This document shows, in pieces, positions 13,050 through 24,193 of a stretch of DNA of 64,000 bases. The position numbers and the translations under genes were made by a program. Each line of letters starts with the position of its first letter. The stretch's first letter is position 1. The notes beneath the pieces are model-generated. The model did not search any database. It saw nothing but the letters and a program-made list of their open reading frames with translations, and was not told where the DNA came from. This stretch comes from Paraglomus brasilianum (taxonomy: Eukaryota), in contig CAJVPI010000026.1 of assembly GCA_910592345.1 (NCBI GenBank), positions 1-64,000 on the forward strand. Direction: 5' to 3'.

Positions 13050-16000
13050 TGCTGAATCAGGCTTGTGCTGACAAAGAACCCCTCAATTTGCATACCCCAA
13101 ACATATTTACAACCATACCTTTCTAGTAGTTGGACACAGGAAATTGCTTATATAGCATATAGACAGATGTATAAGCTTCAACTCGATATGGAAACAATGT
13201 TTCGCCTCTTATTATTATTTGTTGAGGCGTTTTGTTTACGGTGTGAGAACAATATTTAGAATTATGATTATATGCATTATGCATTATGCTCATCGTTTCC
13301 GTCATGATGGTAAATAACAATAACCGATGACTTATACAAGTGAATATGATCAAATTCACCCATCATTTTTCACACAACTGTTCGGCGTCCGCAATTCTCT
13401 GACTTGTCAAGCAGAGCCTTGTTGCTATATCAAATTTTTGCGGCGATAGTTGTTTAGTCAGGAGTTGGAGAACCCCGTTTAGTTCACTTATTGACTTTTC
13501 TCCATTTGTTAGTGATTCTAAAACCAGGATTGCGTTCCGTAATCTCCTGCATGTTTTTTCTCATTCATTGTATACCACATATCATATATTTACTCCGCGA
13601 TTTCATGCATCGTATCGCTAGTCAGATCTAGGGCTTAAAACTTAAACTCTGGCGCATATTCGGTAACTGAAACGGTTTTTTTATACTTGTTTAATATCCA
13701 AACCTTATGGACATCAACAGAACGAAATAAGCTGATCGTTTTGCGCCATTTTCTGCGTATTGATGCATGAACACGCGAATACAATGAGGTATACGTTGTC
13801 GTTACTTAAACAAGGACATACTGACATGTCTTTGTTTACAAGTGTATTACATAGCGCCCGCCGTAATACATGCTTTTATACATCCCCTGAGTGGAATACC
13901 CACCCTAAGAAAGGTCTACGGTATCCTCACAATTACAGCGCTTTTGAACTTTTGCATTACATTAGTATCAGGCGCATTGAAACTAATGTGTCCCATAATT
14001 ATCTCTCATTCTATGTTGCACGGGTATGTTAATAATTAATAGCCATTGTCAATTATGAATGTGAATAATAAATCTTGTTGAGCTCAATATTTGTACAACA
14101 TCGTTGGCAACTAATATTAGTAGTTACAGTAAGTATCCGAACAGCCTTAATTCTAATAGTGCATTACAAACCATGATTACCTGTAAAATTTCAGCTTGAC
14201 GACTGTCTTCAGCAAATTTTCCGATCATCCAATATTTACTGTATAAAACATATCAAAGCTGTACGTCGCTTATTTCGACATATACTTCAAAAATCCATAT
14301 CTCCACATGTTTCTAATCGATTTGCGTGATTAATTTTGTCTGTCGGATCAGAAAATCGTTATTATAACAATAAACGCGCATGATTATCGTTATGTCGCAC
14401 GATTATTGCATTTTGTAGTAGCGAGCACACAGTATCTTTAAAAAAGTGTCGGGATATCAAAAACAAGCCAATGTATCTTTTTCCGATACAACAGTGCTTA
14501 GATTTGCACCCCCTTCTTTTTGGGGGTTCTTGGTGGTCATTGCTGAGGTTTCAATCTGACCAAACTGATGAAAGATTGGAATACTGTAGATAATGGAAAG
14601 ATTAGTTAAGTTATTCAAAGTCACCGACAAAGAAGCATGTGGATTATGTTCTTGCGATTCAAATATTGTTACGATCTGATGAATCAGACAAGCAAGTCAC
14701 ATGGTAAAATCTTCGCGACGGTATTAGCTAATTTAGAATTTATTGGTTCTTTAAAGAATTTCTTCGTTTCGCATTTTGGGCAACGCTAAAGTATATATAA
14801 GCAGCCCTTCATGTTATCGATGTTGTTAGTATTACTTTATAATAGTACTACACGGAAATAAACGATTCCCTTTGCAATCGAAATTTTACTTTCTTTCATC
14901 GTTGAAATATTAATTATTTGACCGGACACAATAATTATTTATTGAAGCGAATATCGTTTAATTAGTTTATTAAGAGACAAAGTGACAAGACCCCGACTAG
15001 ATAGCCCTGTTTAAATAGGAGGGCGCATTTTAATTATTAAATTAAGTCACTTGTAAATTCTATTGAACAACTACCGTAATAAGGGCGGTAGCACGAAGCT
15101 AAATCTGGTAACATCCCCCGATCGGAAGAACACCCTACTACTACGCGAAAGATTAATCGCTCCGTGGATATTCGTTGGGACAAAGAAAAGAAAACGAAAT
15201 TGAGCAAAATACCCGAGACAAGAAGTACAGCCCAACAACTCCTAATGAAAAGATGCAAATTATCAATCCAACACTGACACGTCTATTACCTTCTCAATAA
15301 CCCAACTATGAAGCAATTAGTAGAATTCTACGACGACAGTTTGCATGCTTTCCCTTTAAGAAAGGAAAGTGCAGACTACAAAAGTGAAGGGGAACGTTTG
15401 TTTTGTCTATGTCGTTTAATTGTTGTTAGATATATTGTGTATGTGCGGCTCCCAGAGACGGAGGGGAGCGATATAAATTTCTCCGAACTAGCCACTAGTA
15501 TATTGCGGAGCCACTGAGAAACTATAGCACTTTTAAAAACTGGATCTTCTCAGGTCTTTAGGCAGCGAGACACAGGCCCTCTTTTCCAGCAGTGCAAATC
15601 GTACACAATCGCTACTAATGACAATGTGATGATATATCCAAAATTTTCTAGGTCATATCAGTTGCTGGGAGACTCTGTTGAGGTAACAAGACACTATCGT
15701 ACCAGCTATGAACCTAGTAGTTAAACCTAACCTTTTGCTAGTGCTCTTGAGAACACCTTCTTTAAGTGATGGAGAAATCTGCCTGTAAACAGAGCCTGAG
15801 AACTCTGTGGAAAGGGTAGCGAGCGTTCCACCGTGGGGTGTACCTCATTTGTGCGACACTATCAAATTGCCGGAAGGTCCTAAAGCTCCAAAGTACCGCG
15901 GAAAGCGTGAAAACGGTTTTGCAGCAGTAGAGCGTAATGGCTTTATGGATGGTAAAAACCTTTGGAGATTTAAGCACTATAGGCTGCTTGCAGTCTATTT

Positions 16001-17760
16001 TGTTATGCCCTGTATTGGCGACGATGTCATCAGTTCTAACATTTTCTTAGGGAAAATTTAGAGAAGCTAATCAGTTTATTTTTAGGATGGCTAGCTTGGA
16101 TACTCGTTCGAGTCCATGGCCCGTGTGGTGTCCCCACATGTCTGGACCTTAAGCAAGTCCTAGGTACGAGAATAAAGTGAGAAATGCTGATGATATACAG
16201 GGTCCCTTAAAAGAGGGAATGGATAATCGGCAGCCAAGTGGCCTGGGTGAGACTCTTAGAGTGCCCGACCATGCAGTTCACAGACTAAACGGTAGTGGGG
16301 TTCCGTCCCAATGCGACGTTCTGTTTGTTTTCGAGCAGGAGTAATAAGTAACACCGTCACTAGCGTAGACGAGGACTTTTGCTGGAAATCATTAATGAAG
16401 ATTGGGTGTAAGATCTGGAAAAATGGCCAGACACCAGCCAACTTCTACAGCTTGTTAACGTACAAAGGGGTATGAAAAACCGGAATCATAAGATATAGTC
16501 GACAGACGCCCGAAAGGGTAGTTAGTTAGTTCACTAACAAGAATCCGCCTATAGTTATCCACCACTATTTTGGATGTCAGGCCGATGATGATTGTGTGGT
16601 AACTGAGTACCGCGAAAGCATTGGAACAAAGACAAAGTTGGTAGATAACGTCTGAAACCGCAATGTGTGGGAAGCGTGTCTCTTTCTAATGTCCGTGAGG
16701 GGTCAAAAGGTACTGAGAAAAGTGAGGTGAAGTGTCTCGCGCTCCGCAGGCGCGTCATGGATCCGATCTGCTCGACGTATCGTAATGCCTTGTTGCGGGT
16801 TGCATTATGTATTGTAGACGCCGTTCCGACGGCCTCACACGGGATTGGCGATTGTGTTAAACTACTAATGGACGCGGAGGACCAATGTGATTAGGGGGAA
16901 AAGGGTCTGCTCATGATTTAACCCTGGTGTTCGATTTACTGGTAAATCACGTACGGGCCACGTCGGGCCTTTAATGCGGAGCCGCGCTCCAAATGCGTGA
17001 CAAAGTCTTCTTTGGTGAAAAGTCTACGTGAGGATTCTCAGTAGCCTTGGAAGATGGGAGCTATAGTTACCGTGGATGGAGACCTAACCGCTTCTGCTAT
17101 GTTTAAGGACTAACGTATATTATTTCACTTGGGCGAGTTCGGCGGTAGGTAAACCGCGAACCAGAACTTCTAGCATTAAGGGGTATGTGTTGTGATTCCT
17201 ACGATAGGTGTAAAACCGTTGCGATGTCTTATTGGGATTAAAGAACTGTTCTGCGGGCCTCCGATATAAATGGGGATCCATGTGTGTCCTAGGTAAGAGG
17301 GCAGCCTACCAATAAGCATCATTATGCACATCGGAATGAACTGACAATGGGAGATTACGACGCGTACTCATATAGGCGTAGGAGTAAAGCTAAACTGGTA
17401 GCCGAACATATCGAAAAAGGGATAAAACCTACTAAAGCGGGGTGAAATATGTATATTAGGTCAAATCTTGATGCTTGCTAAGGAATGGGCGCGAAATGGT
17501 AAGGGATGCCTGCGCAACTTGGTTGTTAAGCCAAGAAAGGGATAGGCTGGTAGGACCCCGATTTCCGGACCAGTGTCAAGATTTTGTTAGTCTTAAATAT
17601 CAGGTAAGAGTTAGGATGGAGTGTTAATCGTATGTCGAGGGTAGTCTACTCAGGACGCCGTAACGGGCTCACCACCCACTAACCCTCAGCACTCCTGCAA
17701 TTGGCGAAATCTGCGATCCACCAGAATACTCTGACGAAAAATTTTCGCCGAGTGGTAACC
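13050..17760 (+). pseudogene. Highly diverged, insertion-expanded relic of nuclear LSU (25S/28S) rRNA, roughly domains II-V, interrupted by a group I intron
   Basis: Colinear matches to remembered eukaryotic LSU motifs: tctagtagttgg 13122; tatctttttc..aacag..cacccc..gggg 14474-14526; gaatactgtagataatggaaag 14579; attggttct 14742; aaggggaa 15387; tgacaatgtgat 15619; aatgccttgt 16784; tgggagct 17055; ttctagcattaagg 17168; tgtccta 17285; aaaagggataaaa 17415; tcgtatgtcg 17628; cacccactaa 17673. Ends uncertain. Confidence 0.7.
15710..16541 (+). ncRNA. Group I intron ribozyme, subgroup IC1 (3' end uncertain, may extend further)
   Basis: P3 cactatc 15857 / ggtagtg 16291; P4 tgccgg 15868 / tcggca 16227; P5 gtcc/ggat; P5a ctccaaag 15886 / ctttggag 15960 with tacc/ggta and A-rich bulge; Q aatcggcagccaag; R gcagttcacagacta 16273; P8 ggttccg 16299 / cggaatc 16481; S aagatatagtcg 16490; P9 gccc-GAAA-gggt 16508; candidate P1 agctat 15704 / gtagtt 15717 with U.G. 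Confidence 0.93.
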
Positions 17761-20700
17761 GAGGTTCGATCGTCAATCGCATTACCCAATCACTTGTATT
17801 TTACATCGAGTTATACAGTAAGTCGGTTTATCGCGATTTTATTGCAGGTCTTGCAGACAGTAGCACGTTGGGATTGTTAAAATACTGTATGATACGTTTC
17901 GCACCAATTAACACCTTACATGAGCCCAAGAACAGATTTATGTGATACTTGCCAACGGTTTTGGAATAGCTTACAGTACAATGCTCGCAACGAAGAAGAA
18001 GCAAAAAATCTACTGACAAAATCTGGTTAGCATGAGGCCAAGTTAGAAAGAAATTATTACAGCCGACTGCCAATAATTCGACTCTATAATGCGACTTTTC
18101 AGTAATTCGATCGCCTTGAGCGAGGCCCGATTTTTTTATATGATATTTTTCTTCCTTTTATTCGATCGAACTTATTTGTTATTCGACCGCTTATTAAACC
18201 AGTGCATATAAATAATACTATAGTTGCATTCGTTAATTTAATTTCTGCCGATTATTCGAACGGCATTGATTTATAAAAAATTCGATAGTATGTTTCTTTT
18301 TGAAGTTGTACACTCATGCCAATTAGAACATCGTATGTCGACAACTTCAATATTAAAGTTCTTTGCAAACTTGAGGCCTTTTTCTTGAAGTATTTTATCT
18401 GAAAACATTTCCAACATGTGTAATATTCCGCACAGTACTTATTGTAATGAGGTATAGACGAGTGGTCAAAACCGTACTACGACAAAAGCATATCTGTCCA
18501 ATTAAATTATTAAACGAGACCTTAGGAAGATAGTGTTACTGTTCACAATAAGTACAGAAATACTTATACCTTCTAAATCTTGTAAAGGTATAACTGATTA
18601 TAATACATTAATTCAGAAACTGATATTCAATAATAAAAGAGCATCTATTTTAACCAATGGGAGTAATATAATAATAATGCTTTATTGTCAATACTCATCC
18701 AATCATATTGTATGTTCTACGTACAATAACAATACATTCATAATTCCACTATGGTCAGAAAAGGATAAAAGAGATCACCGTCTCCAATTAAGTTGACATG
18801 TCATCCACGTACATAATATTTACCTTATTACTTGCATAGTAAAAAGGCGTCAGGAGTATAGCAGAAATATTATCAAATTTATGTTAAAAAGTAGCAGTAT
18901 TTGTAAAAGAAAATAAGATAATATGACGCAGAGAGTTTCCCGAAGCTATTCGTTGGCATAGCGTTTTTCAAATGCTATCCCGTTATGGAGAAAAAATCGA
19001 GTCGTCGAAACGAGTTTAAGTACGGCTACCTCTCTTTTCCCATGACAATGTTGACACATTCTTGCCACCACCATTGGATAGCCTGTGAGTAGCAATTGTT
19101 ATAATGCTCGTAGATAAGGTGGAATAAAGTGCAGTTTACATGGAAAATTTAACTTGTGCAAAATTGGAGAACTATTGGTTATTGAATAAAATTTAAAATT
19201 AAACCGAAATCTAAAGATAAATTAAAGTCGCCATATTAATATAACATTGACATTAAAAATAATAAGCAAAGGTATTAGAAACGTCAAACATTCGAAAAGT
19301 ACATTTTTTTGCATTCCGTATTAAATAATATGTTATGGATATAATATTGGTTGTTATCTTCGGAATGATCTTCTTCTCTTGTTATCATTTATACCATTTG
19401 GTGCAATTCTAACTTGCCCTTATCGGTAATTGTTTATTATTGCTGGATGTCCGACTATGTACGCAGGGATTGAACTATTTCTCAAAGATTGAACATTCAT
19501 CCTCAAAAATCGAATTCGTCTTGTAAGAAAAGATTCCAACAAACAGTCGTATTGCAAAGCCCAATAGTGTAGTAATAATTTGAAGTTTGGATATACGTGG
19601 AAACAACGCTAAAATCATGACAGTCCATGCGTGCATATTTTCGATAAATGAATTTGTGGCTTTGTGCGACAATGCGTCACATAGTAATAAAATTCACTAT
19701 ATTGCTATATAACGGAAATGTACCGATTAAGATCGTTGCATAACGATACGGCCTAACTGTACTATATCGAAGATTTGCTATGACAAGGTTTGTTGTACAG
19801 CAAATGCCATAACCAGAATGTTCGGGCGACAGACAATTCTAATTGTTCGGCTGACAATATGTGCGACCAATGAGATTCCTTCCATAATCATTCCAATAAT
19901 GCATGTAACAGTGATGACTTCCTCCGCGTCATGGATAAGAATACTCTTTTACGTCATTTATAGCGAGAAAGTAATAAACTTCGTACCACGGCAGCATCAT
20001 GCGGCGCACATGAAGGGGTGAGGAGAAAATAAATGGTAGAGAGGAGGTGGAATGACGACTTAATTACGAAAATATAATGGAAATCAGTTAACTCAAAGCA
20101 GCAAATAAAGCAAGAACTTGAATTAGATTACCTTTTAACAAATAACTGAATTAGACAAGAGCAGCTACCTACATTCAGAGACTGTGGCACCTGTGGCAGA
20201 GTGGCGTTATGTCTTATGATCAACTTATGTGGGTTCCATTTATATACTAGCACGTTTATAGCTATAATAATAATAATAACCATAATGCAAAGTATCCAAG
20301 TGCGACTTTTGCCAGGTTAAGAATCAAGATTGGATCCATAATACAGGTTGCTTCTCTGATTGTTTGAAGAACGTGTGGGAATGTGTGTTCATCAATGATG
20401 AAAAGGGGTGTTGACTATAGTTGGCTGTGTTCAATCACTTGACACGGCTGAATTGGAAGGTGTGAAAGTTAAAGAGGACGTGAGAAGAACTGATGATGGG
20501 GGCCAGCAACAAGATCTTGATGGTTTTAATCGTCCACTTGGAGTACGCCACGCAGCCATGAGTGACCGTGACTGACGATAGCAGAAAGATCACAGCGCAG
20601 TTACACTGCGGAACGCGGAGATTGTGGAGATTTTGATCTGTTATGAGGAAATAATGATCTGATGATATCGTATGATTGGTGGCGATAGAACTCGGCTATA

Positions 20701-20910
20701 CCATCCACCCAATAACAATGGCTCTTCTCATCTTTACCCTCTTTATCAGCCACTTTAATACTCTTTATTCTCCACCAATTACCTCAATAACTAACCTCTC
20801 CCAGACTTAAATCTAACCGACTTCCGGTAAGTAGCCACCACACACCCTTTTCAGACATTCCTCATCTACCTCACCTTTGTCCTCCTAAACTCACTCCTTC
20901 ACTCGACAAG

Positions 20911-22555
20911 ATGTCTAATATTACAACCTCCTCCTCACTACTACTACTAAAACAGTGGGATACAATGGAACATCAAACAGCTGGTATGTTCTCATATGCT
21001 AGGCACTTTAATATTATCAACACAAAACACTTGTGCTCAATATCTTAATTTATGTCAACTACCAGATGAATGTCCCCGTAGACCCTCAGCTGACTCTTTT
21101 TCGACAGAACCGCACACATCCACGCATACAACCCCGATTTCCACCTCACCGACAACTCCAAGCGAGAGGGAGCAACAGATGACCACTGTGCAATCAATAG
21201 ACACAACTCCATCACAACCGACAGAAGCGTCTACTGCTGGACAAGAACAACGATCAATAACACAAACAACTCCAACTAATTCGTCACATGCAATGGATAT
21301 ACTTGTAAACACACAGACAACACCAGACCCCATACATATACAAATGCAAATACATACATCTAATATCATACATACTGCCTCTACTACTCCAGTTACTACT
21401 CCCACACAACCAACATCAAGTATAACCTTCCCTCAATCATTTGCATCGCCGCAAGAAACTTCAATAAGCGCACCCTCCACACCCTCTGCCAACAACTCTA
21501 CAAAAAAACCAGTAGTAACCAGGCAACCTCGCCTATTGGAATGCTACAACTGTGGAATAACAAATACCCCACTCTGGCGGAGGACACCCGACCGCATGCA
21601 TTCTTTGTGCAATGCTTGTGGTCTATACTATAAACAGTACAACACCCATCGTCCTCTCCACATAATACACAAGACAAAACCTGCTGCACGTTCCTATCCC
21701 TATATACTTCCCGCGTCGAAAGAGGCCGCGGCAGCAGCGGCAGCAGCAGCAGTTGCCGCTCAATTGAATACAGCACCGAGTCCGCAACCAACGCAGATTC
21801 AATCTTCTATACCAGTTGACCCGGTAACAATTGTAACCGAATCGGCAGTTCAATGTATTAATTGTGGACAAACACAGACGCCGCTCTGGCGGAAGAACGA
21901 GAAAGGCCAACCATTGTGCAATGCTTGTGGCTTATATGCCAAGATGCATAACAGAGATAGGCCGCTTGCAATGCGCAAGTCAAAAATCCAACGACGACGT
22001 AGAGATTGGGGTGCTGCATATCCATCAGACACTAACGGAAATTCATTAATTGAGGCATCAGGTTCCGACGAGTCTTTCTCGTCGAGTCCGCAGAGTCCTT
22101 CGCTATCACCGATGCAAGGCATAACATCTTCACCTAATCAACGACCGATAATGCCATTACCGCCTCCTACTACACATATTGCTCCTGCACTATTGACTTT
22201 GGCGACTGCAGCAACGTCTCAACAGCAACAGCAGCAGCAATTGCAGCTACAGCAATTGGAACAACTGCAGTTACAGAGAGCGCTGCAACAGCAGCAGCAG
22301 AATAATAATCAGCAGCAGTCCCCGATAAGTTCTCCTCCATCAAGTGATATTAATACAAATAACACACATGACCCGTATATGCCTCCACCGTTTGATTATT
22401 TTGACGAAGCAAAATTCAAGCAGCTGGTGGATAGATTATCGCGACGGCAAGTGGAGGAATTTTTGGCTGTGCTTGAGAGACGATGCGAGATTTTAAAGAA
22501 GGTTTTAGAGGATGAGGATGAGGATGAGGATGAACCAATGGTTAAAATGGAGTAA
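20911..22555 (+). CDS. GATA transcription factor with two C-x2-C-x17/18-C-x2-C zinc fingers
   Basis: [14 protein letters not shown]...LCNACGLY and [14 protein letters not shown]...LCNACGLY; poly-Q/poly-A tracts; likely ATG 20911 with intron ~20984-21065. Confidence 0.92.
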
Positions 22556-24193
22556 ATTGTGGAGAAACAAAAAAAATTCAAAAATCAAAAAAACGGGTGA
22601 AATAATAGAAATAAACAAATTCCCGTAATTATTGTGTGTCATCATGAACTTTTATTAGCTAGTCAATGCTTCTTCTTTTCGTGCTTTTTTTTCTTATTTA
22701 CTGCATGTGTACGTGTTCAAAGAGACTTATTAGACTATACTCAATGTCTTATTTTGTATGATATTTTGTTGTTGTTTTTTTTGTGTTTTGATATCTATCA
22801 TGTTACTATTCGAATTCTTCTCGTGACCGGATCACTCATAAAATAAACTGATTGCTATATTTATCAATGGATATTTATAATCGCATCCTTTGTAGATTGC
22901 GCGTTTTTCGTTGCACCACTGCTTTTATCACTATTCCTATCCCCAAATCTCCATCGCCCATCTGCAGATTATCTTAGATGATATCTTTTCTCTATCCCCA
23001 TGGTCACTGGACCGCGAAATCTTTCCGTAATCTCCTTTACCTCCCCAGCTGATTACATTAGCCAATCATCATATTTTACGTCCCGTATTGGGTAAAATGT
23101 TGTTCGCTCTACAAGACTTAAATTCAGCAGACCGTTTTAGTGAATGGTAATGATCGGCTATCATCCATATGAGGAGGAAAAAAGCCAGGCGATATTATGT
23201 GCATTCCGTGGCTGAGGAGCGAGTGTATACCATGCAGATTTATTCAATGAATACGTCTCACGTACATGAGAATATTTTGTATGGGTGATACAATGAGTTT
23301 ACGAGCCGTGCACGAATACATTCTCATTGAATATAATAATCACATATTAGTCAATCACAATGCAATTTAAAAGTGGGGGATTGACAGGTAGTATTTACAT
23401 GAAACGTGAGAACTGATAGTCGCTCCAGTGATTCCGAGAATCGGAAAATCTTCTTCATAGATGAGTTGATCAAGGATCATAACAGGCGGAAATGTTTCTG
23501 TCGTCGCACTTTCCCAAGGCTGTAAAAAATTCACATGCTTTTTTGCCTCCAATTAAATATTCGCTTTATCACAAACTAAAATCTCCTCTTCAAAGAGAGA
23601 GTCACAGTAAGTCAGGCAAAGAAAGTCCAACATTTCCGTTCTCTTTACTGAAAATTCTTGTCAGATTTTGACGGATACAGTACAGATCCGAGTTCAAGTA
23701 TCCTCTTCGTGAATCATTTTGTGGCTCAAAAGCACATGAATGTCCACAGCATCTCGAGAATATCTTGCCCAGAAAGCTAAAATTGTCCTAGTGCTTCGAT
23801 CGCTCGGGACGGTCCATTATAATAATGGTTACTATCATCATTAAGGAAACTCGCTATACAATTTCGAGCGGAAAGCTATGCCGATTACGACATCTTTGGT
23901 CATGATGAGACTAACCGTTTTCGGGCCGATCTGTGGAAGTTCAATTGATACCAAGTTCCAAATATATGAATCTGACGTAATCACTGCATTTTTTTTTGAA
24001 ATAGGTTTACTTGTTTAACTATACTAGCTGTCCTTTTGCGACAAAGCTCTTTCCCCGCGTAACTCGCAGATTTGAGTGGCCACTTGCTTATCAGGTTTAT
24101 TTTTTATTTCCAAGCCGTGAGGGTAGAGAGCTGTGTCCGACTTGTCCCCACCACGGATTTTCTTTAAAAAAATAAAATAAAAAGAATATTATC

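Noticed and set aside
16187..16193. CTGATGA as a hammerhead ribozyme core (also at 14565 and 14676)
   Set aside because: 16187 pairs with tcatcag 16027; none has the stem II-GAAA-stem III layout
16584..16635. Box C/D snoRNA (ATGATGA...CTGA)
   Set aside because: No terminal stem or recognisable rRNA antisense guide; motifs are short
15037..16894. Short ORFs across the ribozyme locus as proteins or homing endonuclease
   Set aside because: All under 90 aa with no His-Cys box, LAGLIDADG or other motif, and they overlap RNA structural elements
15503..17670. A second, outer group I intron (twintron) using ttgcgg/ccgcag as P4 and gtaacgggct as P7
   Set aside because: No matching P3 or downstream P7 3' strand found; the flanks are better explained as LSU-derived
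17679..17686. CTAACCCT as a telomerase RNA template
   Set aside because: Only 8 nt, paired within a local stem, and overlapping the LSU-derived cacccactaa motif; no template-adjacent pseudoknot or CR4/5 recognised
13050..17760. Functional rRNA gene or mitochondrial insertion
   Set aside because: Universally conserved catalytic motifs are lost; most matched motifs are nuclear-eukaryotic, and IC1 is the nuclear-type subgroup
15443..17790. Group II intron starting at GTGCG
   Set aside because: No domain V hairpin with catalytic triad and no domain VI found
23241..23333. Small inverted repeat tattcaatga / tcattgaata
   Set aside because: Short and AT-rich, compatible with chance
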